From Octopus sinensis (taxonomy: Eukaryota): a stretch of DNA of 64,000 bases. Position numbers and translations under genes: made by a program. The stretch spans positions 121,024,001 through 121,088,000 of the forward strand of contig NC_042998.1 of NCBI RefSeq assembly GCF_006345805.1, in the 5' to 3' direction. Within the stretch, counting starts at the first letter, position 1, and every line of letters begins with the position of its first letter. A model generated the notes under the pieces. The model made no database searches and was not told the origin of the DNA. It was given only the letters and a program-made list of their open reading frames with translations. Shown in pieces: positions 1 to 60,629 of this stretch.

Positions 1-138
1 CAACTGGAAATGAAAAATAGTAATCCATAAATAAGAACAATAGAGCCAAGTATGTTATTTAACTTCTGACAAGTGAATCCAGTTCATTAATGACAGGCCA
101 GAGAAGAAAATAATGGCCAACAAACAGTTGGAATGTTT

Positions 139-48149
<48,011 letters not shown>

Positions 48150-48414
48150 CTGAAAATGAAAGGAATCATATGGTCAGCCTGTTTGGAGTGCAGCTGCTAA
48201 GGAATAGCAGGGTTTTTTTTTTCTTTGTTAAAAACCCAGAAAAAGTTAAATTTTTCTATATAAACTAGTTTGGACAGGAGAATAAGACTGACTGAGGTAA
48301 CTATGTCACACTGGGGCTACAGTGTATGCATGTGTGTGTGTGTGTTACTTTTTTAATCATTCAAGGCTTAGGGTTGGGGCAGTGCTAGGATACACCAATA
48401 CGCACACACACACA

Positions 48415-49635
48415 CAGGGGATTGACAAAATAATGGAAACATCACTTTTATTTAACTATTTTTTCCTATTGGCAATATGTTCATGTCTGTAAATATGTGT
48501 TCATATGCATCATGTATACTCTGTACTTCATGATATAGCCTTCTGTTTTTGCGATGGTTTTTTTTTTCTTTTCTTTCTTTTTTTGGGAAATATTTATATT
48601 TCAATAAGTTACAACGATCGATCTATCTGATTTCCAAAAAAAAAAAAATTGTTGGAAGAGGATGGCTGGAACTCAGTCACTAAGACTGCTGAATTGTCTA
48701 CTGCTTCAAGAGGTACAGTCTCTAAAATCATGTTGCCATTCCAAAACCAAGGCAAAACCTGCTCTGGCAAGCATAATTTTGAATGGAAGGCAAAGCTCAC
48801 AGAGAGAGACCACAGAACAGTGAAATATACTGTATCAAATAACCACTGAATTATGGCAGCAAAAGTGACAACAGAGCTAAACCAACATCTTGTGAACAAT
48901 GTGTCAATTAAAAGCATTTGACCTGAGCTCCATAATGTTGGATGCCTGGGATGAATGTAATTGCTAATTCTGTCCCCCATCAACATTGATAAGTAGCAAA
49001 TTCAATGTCTAGGCTATCAGAAGTGGTCAATGGCTCAATGAAACAAAATCTTCTCTGATGAATCATCATGCACCTTTTTTCCCCAATTTAGAGCAAGTAT
49101 ATGTCTATCCAAAGAAATCTTCAACCCTAACTATTTGGTCCCTACCACAAAATATGGAGGTGTTCTGTAATGATTTAGGCAGCCATATCATGGAATTCTC
49201 TTAGCCCTTTGGTTGTTCAACATGGAAGAGCTAATGGCAAGGACTATTTGAATATTTTGGTTATGTCCATTTTGTTGTATAAACATTCTACCTGATGGTA
49301 GCACAGTCTTCCAGGACAATTATGCACCAATTCACATGGCTAATGTCATTCAAAATTGATATGAAAAGCACAAAAGTCAAGTAGACCACTTGGATTGCTT
49401 CTCACCCCAATCACTGGATCTCAGTATAATAAAATATTTATGGTACATTTTGGAGAAGCAATTGAGGAGTTGCTTTCCTCTGCTCTTGTTGCTGAAAGAG
49501 CTAAAGCAGGTTTTACTTGAAAATGGCTAAAAAATTCCCCTAATATTAAAGCTGTTATTGATGCCAAAGGTAGACCAACTTCATATTAAATAATAAAACT
49601 TCTAATTAACAAGGTGTTTCCATTATTTTATCCAA

Positions 49636-49638
<3 letters not shown>
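48415..49638 (+). mobile_element. Degenerate Tc1-like transposon between (CA)n tracts
   Basis: TIR-like ACAAAATAATGGAAACA / TGTTTCCATTATTTTAT; decayed PTxKYGG, VFQDNYAPIH and SPQSLDLSII motifs with many stops. Confidence 0.8.
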
Positions 49639-49683
<45 letters not shown>

Positions 49684-50288
49684 CATAGAGACATGTTTTA
49701 CAAGATTCTTGATATGAAATCATGTGTTGTAATTTTATAATGTACTTCATGCTGCCAATTAAAAATTAATAAATAAGTTTACTAATTAATTAACTAATTG
49801 TCAAATTAATTGATCATAAAACTAAAATGAAATAACTAGTACATATATCTTAACTTTTCACATCCTTTTGAAATTTATCTAAGTTAAAAGCTCAGTCCTA
49901 TAATGACTGTTACAGAATACAAATAAACACTAAAGAGATTAGAGTTTTCTTCCTTGTAACAGAGAGTGCCACACTTACTTTAAAATGAATGTAATCAAGA
50001 TTAGTATGATTTGTGTAATATTGTATGTTTCAGGATTTGCTAACTGATGCAGTCTCATGTGGTACTATGTCCTACAGGAAATTAAGAGTTAACTGGAACA
50101 TGACCTCTCCCAAAGTGAAAGAATCGAACTGTCAATTAAACCATATGCACTGGCTGTATTTCACATCAATTTTATTATTAATTAACTAGATAATTGATTA
50201 AGCAAGTTTCTATTTGATAAAAACTGTAGTGGAACACACCAGTGCATGTGCTTGAATTGGCTGCATGACTCTCCCAAAGTTCCACAAT

Positions 50289-50512
50289 ATCATCATCATC
50301 ATCGTTTAACGTCCGCTTTCCATGCTAGCATGGGTTGGACGGTTCAACTGGGGTCTGGCAAGCCCGAAGGCTGCACCAGGCCAGTCAGATCTGGCAGTGT
50401 TTCTACAGCTGGATGCCCTTCCTAACGCCAACCAGTGTAGTGGGTGATTTTATGTGCCACCGACACAGGTGCCAGACGAGGCTGGCAGACGGCCACGCTC
50501 GGATGGTGTTTG
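50289..50512 (-). mobile_element. Young RTE-tail repeat copy
   Basis: Differs from the 59846 copy by only 2 substitutions and a 10-bp deletion; retains CpGs. Confidence 0.85.
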
Positions 50513-50563
50513 AGCGTGGCCATCTGCTCAAACACCATCCGAGCGTGGCCGTCTGCTAGCCTC

Positions 50564-50597
<34 letters not shown>

Positions 50598-50600
<3 letters not shown>

Positions 50601-50753
50601 CGCAGGAGTGGCTGTGTGTTAGGTAGCTTGCTGGCCAACCACATGGTTCCGGGTTCGGTTCCACTGCGTGGCATCTTGATACTATAGCCTCGGGCCAACC
50701 AATGCCTTGTGAGTGGATTTGGTAGACGGAAACTGAAAGAAGCCCGTCGTATA

Positions 50754-50835
<82 letters not shown>

Positions 50836-51040
50836 TTGTGTGTCTGTGTTTGTCCCCCTGGCATTGCTTGACAACCGATGCTGGTGTGTTTTTACGTCCC
50901 CGTCACTTAGCAGTTTGGCATTAAGAGACCGATAGAATAAGTACTGGGCTTCCAAATAATAAGTCCCGGGGTCAATTTGCTCGACTAAAGGCGGTGCTCC
51001 AGCATGGCCGCAGTAAAATGACTGAAACAAGTAAAAGAAA
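50598..51040 (+). mobile_element. tRNA-derived SINE with internal (GT)/(TA) microsatellite
   Basis: A-box-like TGGCTGTGTG, B-box-like GGTTCGGTTCC, body ending gcatggccgcagtaaaatgactgaaacaagtaaaag. Related copies at ~25020-25325 (+) and ~55706-56165 (-). Confidence 0.8.
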
Positions 51041-54000
51041 CGAAAAGAAATATATTGCAGTGGGGATATGTGTGTGTGCATACAGATATGTATAGATGTG
51101 AGCATGTTTATCTGATAGTGACATCTAATAAATTTATATATTCTCATAAGAATATATATCAAGCACCATAACCTTTCAAAATTGAAGAGTAGGAAAGCAA
51201 CTAGACAGAAAATTATACGAATGAGAAGTATGTCAACACTCAGTATTTTAGATATGATTAAAGTTGATACTAGTTGAAAGAGATAATACAATTTACTTGC
51301 TTGATACATCACAAGGTATATGTCATTGTAGTGGGTGCTGATGAAATGAAAAAAACAAAGACTTCCACTACAGAATGTTACTATGAGACAGAAACAACAG
51401 AAAATTTTAAATCTACACCTCTTAAGAGCTTATGTCTGAAACTTAGTGCTAGTGCAAATTAGGACCAGAAAAGAAATGACCACAAGCAACACTTAAACAA
51501 TCCTTGCTCATTATTCTTTTTGTTAAATATTTTGCCCTTCAGCCTGTATTATCAATACCTCAATAACTAGATTAATAGAACACTGAGTATTTCACTATAG
51601 AAAATAATGATCTTATCTCAGCTCATCACACATTTCTCTCTAATCATGTATCTGTCTAACTTGCTCATTTTCACCCACTGGGAACACAATAAGTGCCTAA
51701 TAAAATGTTGTTAACCACAAGTCAGCACTGGTCAAGCAGATCTAAGCACAGCAAACCAAGAGCACAGTATCCAACGTGTCCACTTGTAAAATGGTAGGAT
51801 ACAGTCAGGTGTTTGAGAGAGATTTAGTCATTACTTCTAGCAAGTCAAACACACACATTGAGACTACATTGGATTATTACAAAATATATGTCACAACAGT
51901 GTGGTTAAATAGATATCCACACAGAGCATTATAAAATTTACATGACAATAGGATGTTGTAAAATATACATCTCCAGAGAATGTGATAAAATATATATCAT
52001 CATGGAGTTTGATAAAACATATGTTACCAAAGATTGTTGTAAAATAACACCACAAAGAGTCGAAATTGTGGCTTTCCATAACTGAAACCAAATTAACCTG
52101 TTATTTAAAACTTTGGGTAGTTAAAGAACCATTATGGATTTTGTCTATAAGAAGTGTGACCTGACAGAAGTGAAATGAAAATTCTCCAGCTGGGAATTGA
52201 AACTATGACACAGATCATACCAAGAATTCACATACCTGAGGATTGATGGATACATACAAACTGAACACTCAGTACAACAGATGGTAAGTAACCAGCATAT
52301 AGTTAGCCAATGTAACAAGACATAAATAACCAGTTAGGGGTATAAATCAAATATTCAATAGCAGATCACAGTTGTAACTCTTCAACAACAGATTCCTGAT
52401 TCTAAGAATAGTCCATCATAAAACTAATGTTATGATGGGTCAAATCACAGCAGACCCATCTATAACTTAAATCAAATGTAAGTAACTGGTGTTAGTTAAA
52501 CCAACATATTCTAGTTGACTGGTAATATTTTACCTTGGTAATAAATTGTCAACTGATGGAAGAAATCACTGATTGGGTCCTCACATTTTCTTTCATGTTG
52601 ATATTTTAGCTCTGATCCATTAAAGGAGTTCTAGCCATGATCAACCCATCTATTTCAGGCAGCGTATCTAGGATACATTATGATTTCCTTTTTCAAGACA
52701 TTCACTTGATTGTAATTTGAGTGGGGTTTGGTTGCTATTTCTAGCAGGTAAAGTAACTATGTAGAAGCTCCCTTCCTTTCTTATACCATTTTTCCTTTCT
52801 TTTCTCCCTCTGTAAAATCATATCTAATTTTACAAATATGGTTATATATCTTTGTACCTAAGAGCTTCATAATTTCTTAAAGTTGAGATTGTTTCTTTAT
52901 TGCGTAATATTTCTGTGAAATCATTTTAAAGATGTGTGTGTAAACACAAAACAGTTAGCCACTGTCAGCTCAAAATCAAAAGAAATAAATGTTTTATGCT
53001 TGAAAACATTGAGAACTTTAATAAATAAGAAGATAATTGAATAGTTATCTCTTTGATCATTTTATGAAGATTATCTAATATGTATACAAATATACATCAA
53101 CTGCTGAGTTATGAGGGCATGTATCTATATTATTTATCAAACAGCACTTTGTTATCGCCTTCCTCCACACAAACACACACACACACACATAATATACACA
53201 CTTGTGATAGAAAAAAGACATTAACTACTTAAGTTAAGTATCTCTATCCTCTGCATAAAAATAACAAAAATATTAGAATATACTTGTTTCTAACAATGCA
53301 AATGGAATGCAATAAGCTGTACAGTTAATTTGAGCAACAAAATCTCAGTAGAACAGAAAGAACTCTCCTTTCCACTGAAGAAACACCTGACAAGATGAAT
53401 AGCTAATTATATAACAGATATAAGTACAAATGGTAGAAGGTTCAATCTCAGTGTAACAGAACACAGAGAATACAATGACCAACTTTTGAAAGTTGAAACC
53501 ACTGATAACTTCAATCTAGGTTAATCACTACAGAAATAATTAAGCAGCTTGAAAATAATCAAGATAATTCTGACAACTAAAATATTAGAGAGAAATGCAT
53601 GACTTTAAATTAATTGATTTTTGTAGCCCCAGTAAATTTAAACAACACTGAAAAATACATTAGATTTTTTTGTGTGTGTGTGTGTGCTAACCCAACAGAT
53701 TTATGGAATATTTGAAACATGTGTTACCCCAGTCAATTTTTAAAATCTCTAAATTGAGATTATACAAAAAACAATTCAAAGAAATTTTCTTTTTCCATTC
53801 TTCACATATATTTTGATTTAGATGGATGAAACATCTTCATACTTTTAAAAAGGGTAGTTAGCATTTCAGATTTCATGCAATGTAAACAAGGATAAAGAAT
53901 AAGATTATTTGATTGTGTGAATGGAAAGTAAGTATTATCATTAGTAAATAATAAGTTGAAGGGACAAGCTAATTGTTAATTTAAGTATACAAACAGACTC

Positions 54001-54565
54001 CATTTATTGTTTAACAAATATGCATTGCAGCAAGACAGACTAAAGTTGACTTATTGCATTGCTTATACATTCATATTAACTACAAGCAAGACAAACAAGT
54101 TGCCAAGTTCTATTCTCTGAAAGTCAAGTTTGCAATTAACAGAGAACATGAAAGAGAAATATCAAAAGAGAGCGATGGGTTAGGAATTGTACATAACTGG
54201 AAGAAGGTTTGTATCAACTGTCAAGGGTCTGAGGGTTAAAAACTAGATTAGAAATTCTGAAAATGAGCAGACAACACAGTGTAGAGAACATGCAGATAAA
54301 ATAATATCACCTTTTTGCCTAAAATTTGAGAGGAAACAGAATTAATGCAGTTTATTGAATGATATTGCAAAACAAAGACATTTCAAAATAGCTGATGGAA
54401 AAAGAATAATCTAGAATTTAGTGATCCAAAAATCAACAAGTAATCCAAACAAAATTTAATCCATAATATTTAGAGATTTATTTTAAAAAATAGATCATTT
54501 TATTCTCAAACAAAAAAAATTATAATAATAATAATGATGATGATGATAAAAATAATAATAATAAT

Positions 54566-54995
54566 AGTTTCAAATTTTGCCACAAGGGCAGCAATTTTGG
54601 ATGAGGGGATGAGTTGATTACACTGACCCCCAGTGTTCAACTGGTACTTATTTTATCAACCCCAAAAGGATGAAAGGCAAAGTTGATGCTGGCAGAATTT
54701 GAACTCAGAACAGAGTGATGGGTGAAATACCACTAAGCATTTCATCCAGTATGCTATCAATTCTGCCAGCTTACTACCTTAACAATAACAATAATAATAA
54801 TAATAATAATAATAATTGGCACAAGGCCAATGATTTTAAGGGAGAGGGTAGGTCAATTACACTCACTCCAGTGCTTGACTGGTACTTATTTTATCAACCT
54901 CAAAAGGATGAAAAGCAAAGCTGAACCCAGCAGCACTTGAACTCAGAACATAAAGATGGACGAAATGCTGCTAAGCATTTTGTCCAGCATGCGGA
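54566..54995 (-). mobile_element. Two tandem tRNA-derived SINEs with (TTA)n tails
   Basis: Central motif GCCTTTCATCCTTTTGGGGTTGATAAAATAAGTACCAG (MetaSINE-like, from memory). Further copies at ~59415-59618 and 62801-63010. Confidence 0.75.
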
Positions 54996-55943
54996 TGGTT
55001 CAAAATGCGCACAATTATCAAATTAGTCTTAGCTATATAAGTTTATGTTGCTGTTTTTATGAGTTTCAGATTAAACTAAGTTATTCAATCATTGACATTC
55101 AAAGTTAGTCACTCTAAAAACTTGTATATTATGGAATACAAAACTCTACTAATACAGTACTATTACTCTTCTATTAACACTATACAATTTTTTTCTCTGC
55201 TAACACAGCACTATATCTGTTCTAGTAAGATAATAATATGTCTACTGTACTAAACACAGTACAGCATCTACTCTCTAGTAACGCAAAATTAGTTCTGTTC
55301 TATTACTACAGTACTAGCTCAACTCGAAGCGAGATTGCAAGACAGTGTAACATTGACCCCGATATTTTAATTCAGTGATGGAAATAACAACCAATGACTG
55401 AAACATTACAGCATTAATTGATAAGTAAACATATTAAACGAACAGTATTGAATTAGGAGTGCAGTATGGAGAGGCAGATGTTTCACAGGTAAGATGAGTA
55501 ATCAAAAGTTTACTGCATACATGGGATTTATTTACACCTGACATATCAATAAGTGAAATGGGAGGATGATCTTGATGAGCAAAAGTGGTGAGGGAAGTGA
55601 GTGGACAAATAGTAAGAAGGAAAGAATATCAAAGGAATTCTATAAAAGCAGACACAGACAGCAAAAACATAAAAGAAGTCTAATGATTTTATCTTTTTTT
55701 TTATCTTTTACTTGTTTCAGTTATTGGACTGTGGCCAGGTTAGGGCAATGTCTTGAAGACTTTTAGTTGAATGAATGGACCCCAGTACTTTATTGGTTTT
55801 TTTGGGTTTTTTTGTAAGTCTGATATTTATTCTATCAGTCTCTCTTGCTGAACTGCTAAGTTACAGGGTTATAAACAAACCTAAACAGTTGTCAAGTAGT
55901 GGTAGTGGGGAACAAATACAAAGACACTCATATGTCCATATAC

Positions 55944-55979
<36 letters not shown>

Positions 55980-58900
55980 GGCGTGTGTGTATGTGAGGCG
56001 TGTGTGTAACAAGTTTCCACACAGTTTCCATCTACCAAATCCACTCGCAAAGCATTGGTCAAACTGGGGCGATAATAGAAGCCACTTGCCCAAGGTGCTC
56101 TGTAGTGGGACTGAACACAAAATCATGTAGTTGCAAAGTGAGCTTCTTTACCATACAGTCATGCTTAACATGTAAAGAATTTTCAAATAAGTTCATGACA
56201 CCTATAGACTGATTACAAATTAACTGCTAAGAAGTTAACATAATTGATATTAAATATTGAAGTGTTTATAACATTGTATTAAAACTGCTGTACTTGGTTA
56301 ATTATTTGATTACCAGGTTATTTCCAATTGCAAATATCACTATGCTAGACATTGGAGGAGTAGCTTGTCTTTTAGTGAACAGAGACGGACAATGCTGTTG
56401 ACAAAATAATTTATACAATTTTGGATGCCAAGGCACTCTGTAGTAAATTTGGTAATACTGTCACCTGGATAACAATATATATGAATTAAGTTCTGTCGGT
56501 GGGTTTTGTTTATCTTTTTTGTGCCAATTTAAAGTTTATAATAAATTACTTCAACTATTGTTTCAAGTTGAAGAAGGAAATAAAATACAAGAAATGTTAT
56601 CAAACACCAGAAGAGACAAAAAGCTACTGACACGCAATAATAATAATAATTATATTAATTCCATTGTTGCTAATTTAGCTTTTAAAGCCAAAGTGAATCA
56701 GGAAATATTTTACTAAAATACACACAGTCCAATCAAAATATTCTCATGATAGTCTATATAATTTCAATAATATCTCTGGAAAAGTGGGGTGTATAATAAA
56801 TGTTTGCTATAGATATGTCACATATTTAAGCATGAATAATCTCAACTTCAGGACATGAAGTACATAAAGTAAATTTAGCTACAAAAATTTTGTCAATATT
56901 ATTGATTTTGTAAAATGAAATATAAAAAATTTATTAAATAGATTCAAGTACAACAGACTGAATATACTAAATATATTATTACATAAACTGCAACATAATT
57001 GAACATGCTATAACATATCATTACATTGATATTAATGTTGTGTTATTATATTAGATATTAATGAAGTATATTGCTGTGATAACCTTGTTAGTAAAAAAAT
57101 ACTCTAAGCATCAATTATTAGAATCCTCCTTTAAACTAAGTAGAATTTATATTTCTGCCAAGAGAGCAGGTTTTCTGTGATATTAGATAATTCTACACCT
57201 GAATCTAAATCAATTTAATACCTTAAAATCAAATATTGACCTATGCCAACACATTTCATGCTTGCCAAATGGTCAAGGTTAATAGTTTTTACTGCCAATT
57301 TTTTTTCTTATTGATTTTAGGAAGCCGGACTCATATATGAAAAGGAACATTTAGTAAAAAACTAAATAACAGAATAGTGATTGAATGTCACAACATCTTG
57401 TCTCTCGCAGCCTATAAATCTAAGGTATTGTATCTATTTCAGAAATCAATGTTAAATAGGTAAACATTAAGCAGATAAAATACACTGTTTGATTAATTAA
57501 ATATGTGAAGATAACAACTACAGCTGACCTAGAGTAGATGCTGAAAATATACCAGTTTACTATAGTATATATATAGCAGCCATATATATACAAATAAATC
57601 TAAAGCTTTATTTTCTTTTTTATAGTTACTATAAAGGGAAAATTCAACATCTAACTAACATGAAAAATAAATGATCTCTCTGGATGGAAAGACTAAAATT
57701 ATGTAGCATCAAGAATCAATTTTCAAATTCTCCTAAATGGAAAATAATGTATAAATGGTTTTCAACAGCAAATACTAGACTTTTTATCTTTTAAAAATAT
57801 AGTATAATAGTTGTAAAATTGATAACAATAAATTTTAACAACTACTCACGTAATAACATATCCTGCTGATCAATGAGAAACATAAGAATTAATATTAACA
57901 TCAGCTAACAGATGAGGACATGAAAAAAATTTTGTGGTTTGATTGATATGTAATCATAATTGTTGTGTTGAAAATAAACATTTTAAATAAAGTGGTAAGG
58001 TCTCAAATTACTAGTGCAGTAACACACAACTATGTTCATGAAGTTCACACTTGTTTATCTCTTAGCAGCTAAACATCTCAGCTTACTATTGAGAGGCAAA
58101 AGACCTAATTAGATGACAGGCAAGAGAGGATAAGATTAACTAGTTATAAGAGACTTTACTACAATCAGATAATATCAGATTCATGCACACAGATACTGAC
58201 ATTTTCCTGAAAACAACTTAAATTAATATTGTAAATATTTTATTCTCTTTTCTGTATTTTACTTTGTGTTGTTGCTGTTGTTTCATTTTTACTCTCATTT
58301 TCTAAAGAAATATAAGAGTTCTGTCTCAGAGCTAAACTATAATTTCAATGTTCATGAAATAAAATAAACAAAATTCCTAGTCAAGGAAAAAAGTTAACTA
58401 TTCATTTGGTTTTATGTTACACTGAGTTTCAAATCCTTGTTGATTATCATGTACAGTTACTCTTAGAGCCACCAACTCCATCTTTATAACAGTGTCACTG
58501 CTAACTAACATAGCTGTCAGAAGTAAATTTTGTGTCCTGTCAACGTAACTGAGTCACTATCAGCTGTATTCTTCCATATTACTAACTCAGTTTGGGATAA
58601 TATAAACATTCTTAAGGGAGCTTCAGCTAATCTACTGGATTACATGGTTCTACGTTCAACTCTTACTACTGTCACTGTGTTACATAACTTTGAACATTAA
58701 TATTAATCCTGTTATTATTTTGTCTTATCACACTGACATACTTCAAGGAAGCCTCTACATAGTAACTTGACCTACAAGAAATAGCAACCAAATTTCCTTC
58801 TAATCACACTCTAGTATCTTAAATGAAAGAGACATTGGATTATAATATAGATCTAAAAATACAATGTCTAAATAAAAGGCAGGATGATGACAACTTGAAC

Positions 58901-59066
58901 AACTTTGAAAGGACTTCTCCTTTTACTGGATATACATGTGCAAATCTATTAATATCCACAGAATTTATGTGTGTGTGTGTGTGTATGTGTGTGTGTGTGT
59001 ATGTGTGTGTGCACGCGCATATATATATATATATATATATATGCGTGTGCACGACTTAGAGATGAT

Positions 59067-59120
<54 letters not shown>

Positions 59121-59845
59121 ATCATCTCTAAGTCTTGCCAACAGAAATAAATAAGCTTCACTGGCGAGATCTAACAAGATCAAAATGTATCTAATGCTTT
59201 CACCAGCTAACCTGCTTTAAAGACAAAATCCTCTCTGAATTGATTATAGGACTGGCTGATATTACTGGGTTTTTTCCCCTTGTTTGTTGTTTTTAGAGTT
59301 TAAACACTCATAGGGAGAGTTTTTCTCTTTTAATTACAAGGATAGTTTCAGTTAAAGTTTTCCACTGACTATATTACCTACATGAGACTACTATGATAAT
59401 CCTTTCCGCAATCAGCACAAAGACTGAAATCTGTGGGGAGGGGGATAATTGATTACATTGATCCCCAGTGTTCAACTGGTGCTTATTTTATCAACCCTGA
59501 AAGGATGAAAAGCAAAGTCAACCTCAGCAACATTTAGACTCAGAATGTAAAGACAGAAAAAAATGTTGCCAAGCATTTTGTTTAGCATGGTAATGGAGTC
59601 TGCCAACTCACAACCTTAGACTACCATAATAATGATGATGTAGTTTGTTGACAACAAAGTAAAGTCGGTTGTTAATAGTGAGTTGTGCTGATGTAACAAT
59701 AAAGATAATGGTGATACAGTTATGTTGACAGGACATGATGACATAATCATGCTGAAAGTGTTACAGCTAATAGTGAGAAGTTATAATGATATCTGAACAC
59801 AGCTAATAGTGACACAGTTGACAGTAAAGTATGGCAGGTTGACAC

Positions 59846-60098
59846 ATCATCATCATCATCATCGATTAACGTCCGCTTTCCATGCTAGCATGGGTTGGAC
59901 GGTTCAACTGGGGTCTGGCAAGCCCGAAGGCTGCACCAGGCCAGTCGGATCTGGCAGTGTTTCTACAGCTGGATGCCCTTCCTAACGCCAACCACTCCGA
60001 GAGTGTAGTGGGTGATTTTATGTGCCACCGACACAGGTGCCAGACGAGGCTGGCAGACGGCCACGCTCGGATGGTGTTTTTTATGTGCTACCGACACA
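59846..60098 (-). mobile_element. Young RTE-tail repeat copy inserted in a degenerate minisatellite
   Basis: Near-identical to the 50289 copy; possible GACACA target duplication. Confidence 0.85.
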
Positions 60099-60434
60099 GA
60101 AATATGTTAAATTGTGGTACAGCTAACAGCAACACAGTTACATCAGGACAGGACACTACAACTGGAGGTGACAGTTATATTGACATGACAGTACAGCTGG
60201 AGGTAAAACAGTTATGTTGACAGGATAGGTAACTGTGACATGTTAAGAGGACAATACAGCTAATAGTGACATAGTATGTTTACAGGACAGTATTGCTGTC
60301 AGTGGTGCAGTTATGTTGACAAGAGAACACTGCTTGTGGTGACAGTTGTTTAGAGGACAATACAGCTGGTTGGCAGCAGTTAGCAACAATAGAGTTTATT
60401 GTGACAGTTTTGTGGACAGGACAATACAGTTGGA

Positions 60435-60629
60435 GTAACACAGTTATGTTGATAGGACAGTACGGCCAGGGTAACACAGTTATGTTGACAGGACAGTACG
60501 GCCAAGGTAACACAGTTATGTTGACAGGACAGTACGGCCAAGGTAACACAGTTATGTTGATAGGACAGTACGGCCAAGGTAACACAGTTATGTTAACAGG
60601 ACAGTACGGCCAAGGTAACACAGTTATGT
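60435..60629. repeat. 36-bp minisatellite, 5.4 near-perfect copies
   Basis: Unit GTAACACAGTTATGTTGACAGGACAGTACGGCCAAG starts at 60435, 60471, 60507, 60543, 60579 and 60615; decayed units extend left to ~59700. Confidence 0.95.

Noticed and set aside
50598-50680. tRNA gene
   Set aside because: A/B-box-like motifs are present, but there is no cloverleaf and the sequence continues into a SINE body.
50566-51312. 248-aa minus-strand ORF
   Set aside because: It is built from an antisense SINE plus (TA)/(CA) microsatellites and has low-complexity YI/HT content.
51880-52075. ~27-bp degenerate repeat encoding D(I/V)YF(I/T)T motifs
   Set aside because: It is a decayed minisatellite with no convincing donor or homology.
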